This document shows, in pieces, positions 59,617 through 64,000 of a stretch of DNA of 64,000 bases. Every line of letters begins with the position of its first letter. The stretch's first letter is position 1. Source of the DNA: an uncultured Gemmatimonadales bacterium (GTDB taxonomy: Bacteria; Gemmatimonadota; Gemmatimonadetes; Gemmatimonadales; GWC2-71-9); the NCBI GenBank assembly GCA_963828735.1, contig CAWHFW010000004.1, forward strand, positions 96,001 to 160,000, written 5' to 3'. Made by a program: the position numbers and the translations under genes. The notes beneath the pieces are model-generated. The model saw only the letters and a program-made list of their open reading frames with translations, had not been told where the DNA came from and searched no databases.

Positions 59617-60483
59617 ATGGCATGGTTTAAGAAGGAACGCAAGCCTCGGACGTCGCAGCGCGAGCGGTTGGAGATCCCGCCCGACGCGTGGGAAAAGTGT
59701 GACGGCTGCGGGCACATCGACCTCCGGGAGAAGTTCGAGAAGGCGCTCAACGTCTGTCCCGAATGCGGGCGGCACCGCCGTATCGGGGCGGAGGAGTACG
59801 TCGAGCTCCTCACCGATCCCGGAAGCTGGCGCGAGCTGTGGGGCAATCTTCGCTCGGCCGACCCGCTCCATTTCGAGCACTATGCGGAGCGGCTGGTGTC
59901 GGCCAGGAAGAAGGGCGGACAGGCCGACGCGATCTACACCGGCACCGCCAAGGTCGATGGGTTGTCGCTCAATCTCGGGGTGATGAATTTCGCTTTCATG
60001 GGCGGATCGATGGGATCGGTGGTCGGCGAGAAGATCGCACGGCTGGCGCGGCGCTCGCACGAGAAGAAGATCCCGCTGGTCCTCGTCTCCGCGTCGGGCG
60101 GCGCCCGCATGCAGGAAGGCGTGCTCTCCCTGATGCAGATGGCCAAGACCTCGGCCGCGATCGCTCTCCTGAACCGCGACTCCATCCCGTACATCTCGAT
60201 TCTCACGGACCCGACGACCGGCGGCGTGTCGGCCTCGTACGCCATGCAGGGCGACGTGATCCTCGCCGAGCCGGGCGCGCTGATCGGGTTCGCGGGACAG
60301 CGGGTCATCAAGCAGACGATCGGCCAGGACCTGCCGGAGGGATTCCAGACCGCGGAGTTTCTGCTGGAGCACGGCCAGATCGACGACGTCGTCCCGCGCG
60401 GCTCGTTGCGCGACACGACGGCGCGACTTCTACGGCATATGCAGGGCCAGCGCCCGCACGTGGAGCACGCAGAGCTGAGCTGA
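59617..60483 (+). CDS. accD: Acetyl-CoA carboxylase carboxyltransferase beta (alternative start 59608)
   Basis: WEKC..C, CPEC zinc ribbon, GGSMGSVVGEK, SGGARMQEG. Confidence 0.97.
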   Translation: MAWFKKERKPRTSQRERLEIPPDAWEKCDGCGHIDLREKFEKALNVCPECGRHRRIGAEEYVELLTDPGSWRELWGNLRSADPLHFEHYAERLVSARKKGGQADAIYTGTAKVDGLSLNLGVMNFAFMGGSMGSVVGEKIARLARRSHEKKIPLVLVSASGGARMQEGVLSLMQMAKTSAAIALLNRDSIPYISILTDPTTGGVSASYAMQGDVILAEPGALIGFAGQRVIKQTIGQDLPEGFQTAEFLLEHGQIDDVVPRGSLRDTTARLLRHMQGQRPHVEHAELS

Positions 60484-60666
60484 CGGAGGCCGACCCCGGA
60501 CCGTACGCCCCACCCGGTAAGCCGCGGTGGGGCGTTGTCGTTGGGGCGGGGTCCTCCGCGAACGCCGTGGGAGCCGCCTCACGGGCGGCTCGCGCCGCGA
60601 CGATCGGGTGACCGTCGGGATGGCGACATTCCAGTGCCACGCTTCGGGAGGGCGAACACCGCACCC

Positions 60667-61908
60667 ATGCCGCTGACGTACGACGACGCACTCCAATTCC
60701 TCTTTCCCCGGACCACGACCATCAAGTTCGGGCTCGCCACGACGCGCGCGCTGCTCAAGGCGCTCGGGAACCCCCACGAAGTCATGCCGTCGATTCACGT
60801 CGGGGGGACGAACGGGAAGGGAAGCGTGACCACGCTGGTCGCGTCGGCGCTGGCAGAGGCCGGCTGGCGCGTCGGCCTCTACACGTCGCCGCATCTGATC
60901 TCGTTCCGGGAGCGGATCCGGGTCGACGGCGTTCCCATCGGCGAGGACGCGATGGCGATGTGGACCGACCGGCTCCAGCCACTGATCCTCGAGCGCAAGG
61001 CCACGTTCTTCGAGGTCAGCACGGCCATCGCATTCGCGGACTTCGCCGCCCGCGGCGCCGAGATTGTCGTGGCCGAGGTCGGGCTCGGGGGCCGGCTCGA
61101 CAGTACCAACGTGCTCCGACCGCTCGTGAGCGCGGTGACCAAGATCGAGCGCGACCACATGAAGTACCTGGGCGACACGCTGGAGCTCATCGCCGCCGAG
61201 AAGGCCGGCATCGCGAAGCCGGGCGTGCCGTTCGTCATCGGGGAGCGCGACCCGACCCTGGTGGACGTGCTGCGCCGCGAGGCGAAAAAAGCGGTCGCCC
61301 GCCTCGACGGCGGCAGCCGCGCCGACATTCGCGTGCTGCCGCCGGAATACGAATGGACGGGCCCGCTCAGCCTCGCCGGCCCGCATCAGCGTCGGAACGC
61401 CGCGGTCGCGCACGGCATTCTGATGGCGCTGCCCGCGCCCTACCGCCCGCCATTGGAGGCGATCCACGCGGGGTTCTCCTCCGCGCGCGCGCCGGGCCGA
61501 CTCGACCGGCGCGGCAAGTGGCTGTTCGATGTCGCGCACAACCCCGACGGCATCCGGGCGCTCGTGAAATCAATCGATGCGCTCCGGCCGCCCCGCCCGC
61601 TCCATGCGCTCGTCTCGATCCTGGGTGACAAGGAGTGGCCGGACATGCTGGTACAGCTGGACCGGGTGATCGACCGCGGGGTGCTCACCGTGGCGCCCAC
61701 GGCCGCGAGTCGAGGATGGAACGCCGTGTGGCTTCGCCGCTGGCTCCGCGACCGCGGCCGGCCGCCCGCGCGCGCCGCGTGGACGCTCGTGCCCGACTTC
61801 CGCCAGGCGCTCGAGACGGTGCAGGAGGGTGCCGGGACCGTGCTCGTCACCGGCTCGTTCCACACCGTCGGCGACGTGATGACGGCCCTCGGCATGGAGG
61901 TGGTGTAG
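60667..61908 (+). CDS. folC: Folylpolyglutamate/dihydrofolate synthase
   Basis: HVGGTNGKGS, YTSPHL, EVGLGGRLDSTN, DVAHN. Confidence 0.96.
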   Translation: MPLTYDDALQFLFPRTTTIKFGLATTRALLKALGNPHEVMPSIHVGGTNGKGSVTTLVASALAEAGWRVGLYTSPHLISFRERIRVDGVPIGEDAMAMWTDRLQPLILERKATFFEVSTAIAFADFAARGAEIVVAEVGLGGRLDSTNVLRPLVSAVTKIERDHMKYLGDTLELIAAEKAGIAKPGVPFVIGERDPTLVDVLRREAKKAVARLDGGSRADIRVLPPEYEWTGPLSLAGPHQRRNAAVAHGILMALPAPYRPPLEAIHAGFSSARAPGRLDRRGKWLFDVAHNPDGIRALVKSIDALRPPRPLHALVSILGDKEWPDMLVQLDRVIDRGVLTVAPTAASRGWNAVWLRRWLRDRGRPPARAAWTLVPDFRQALETVQEGAGTVLVTGSFHTVGDVMTALGMEVV

Positions 61909-61935
61909 GGTCCTCGGTGCGACTATGTTCTCCCC

Positions 61936-64000
<2,065 letters not shown>

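Overview
High-GC bacterial chromosomal segment. Gene content and order suggest Gemmatimonadota (inference, not a database result). The first ~27 kb is an accessory stretch of small hydrolase, detoxification and transport genes: AphA-like phosphatase, serine hydrolase, RidA, MOSC, a Csp protein, three DinB and two GNAT proteins, carbonic anhydrase, a TetR-HlyD-ABC efflux operon, glgX, PPK2 and two pilin-like genes. The rest is core genome: tyrA-aroA-cmk-rpsA, an acyl-CoA carboxylase cluster, rplM-rpsI-rpsB-tsf-pyrH-frr-uppS-cdsA-dxr-rseP, rpsO-pnp, ald-dut, mreBCD-mrdA-rodA, accD-folC-hisS-proS. I see no CRISPR array, intact mobile element, prophage, complete tRNA or rRNA gene, or defence system. 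No clearly novel protein system is supported. The best leads are non-coding or translational: (i) an orphan, densely structured ~250-nt intergenic element at 5.05-5.3 kb; (ii) recurrent leaderless-type promoters, including a leaderless 6-codon ORF coupled to mreB by a TGATG overlap; (iii) a 31-bp G-U-rich hairpin before accC; (iv) an in-frame TAG at a conserved Trp of rpsA. That stop and the frameshifts in mrdA and hisS are most likely assembly errors.
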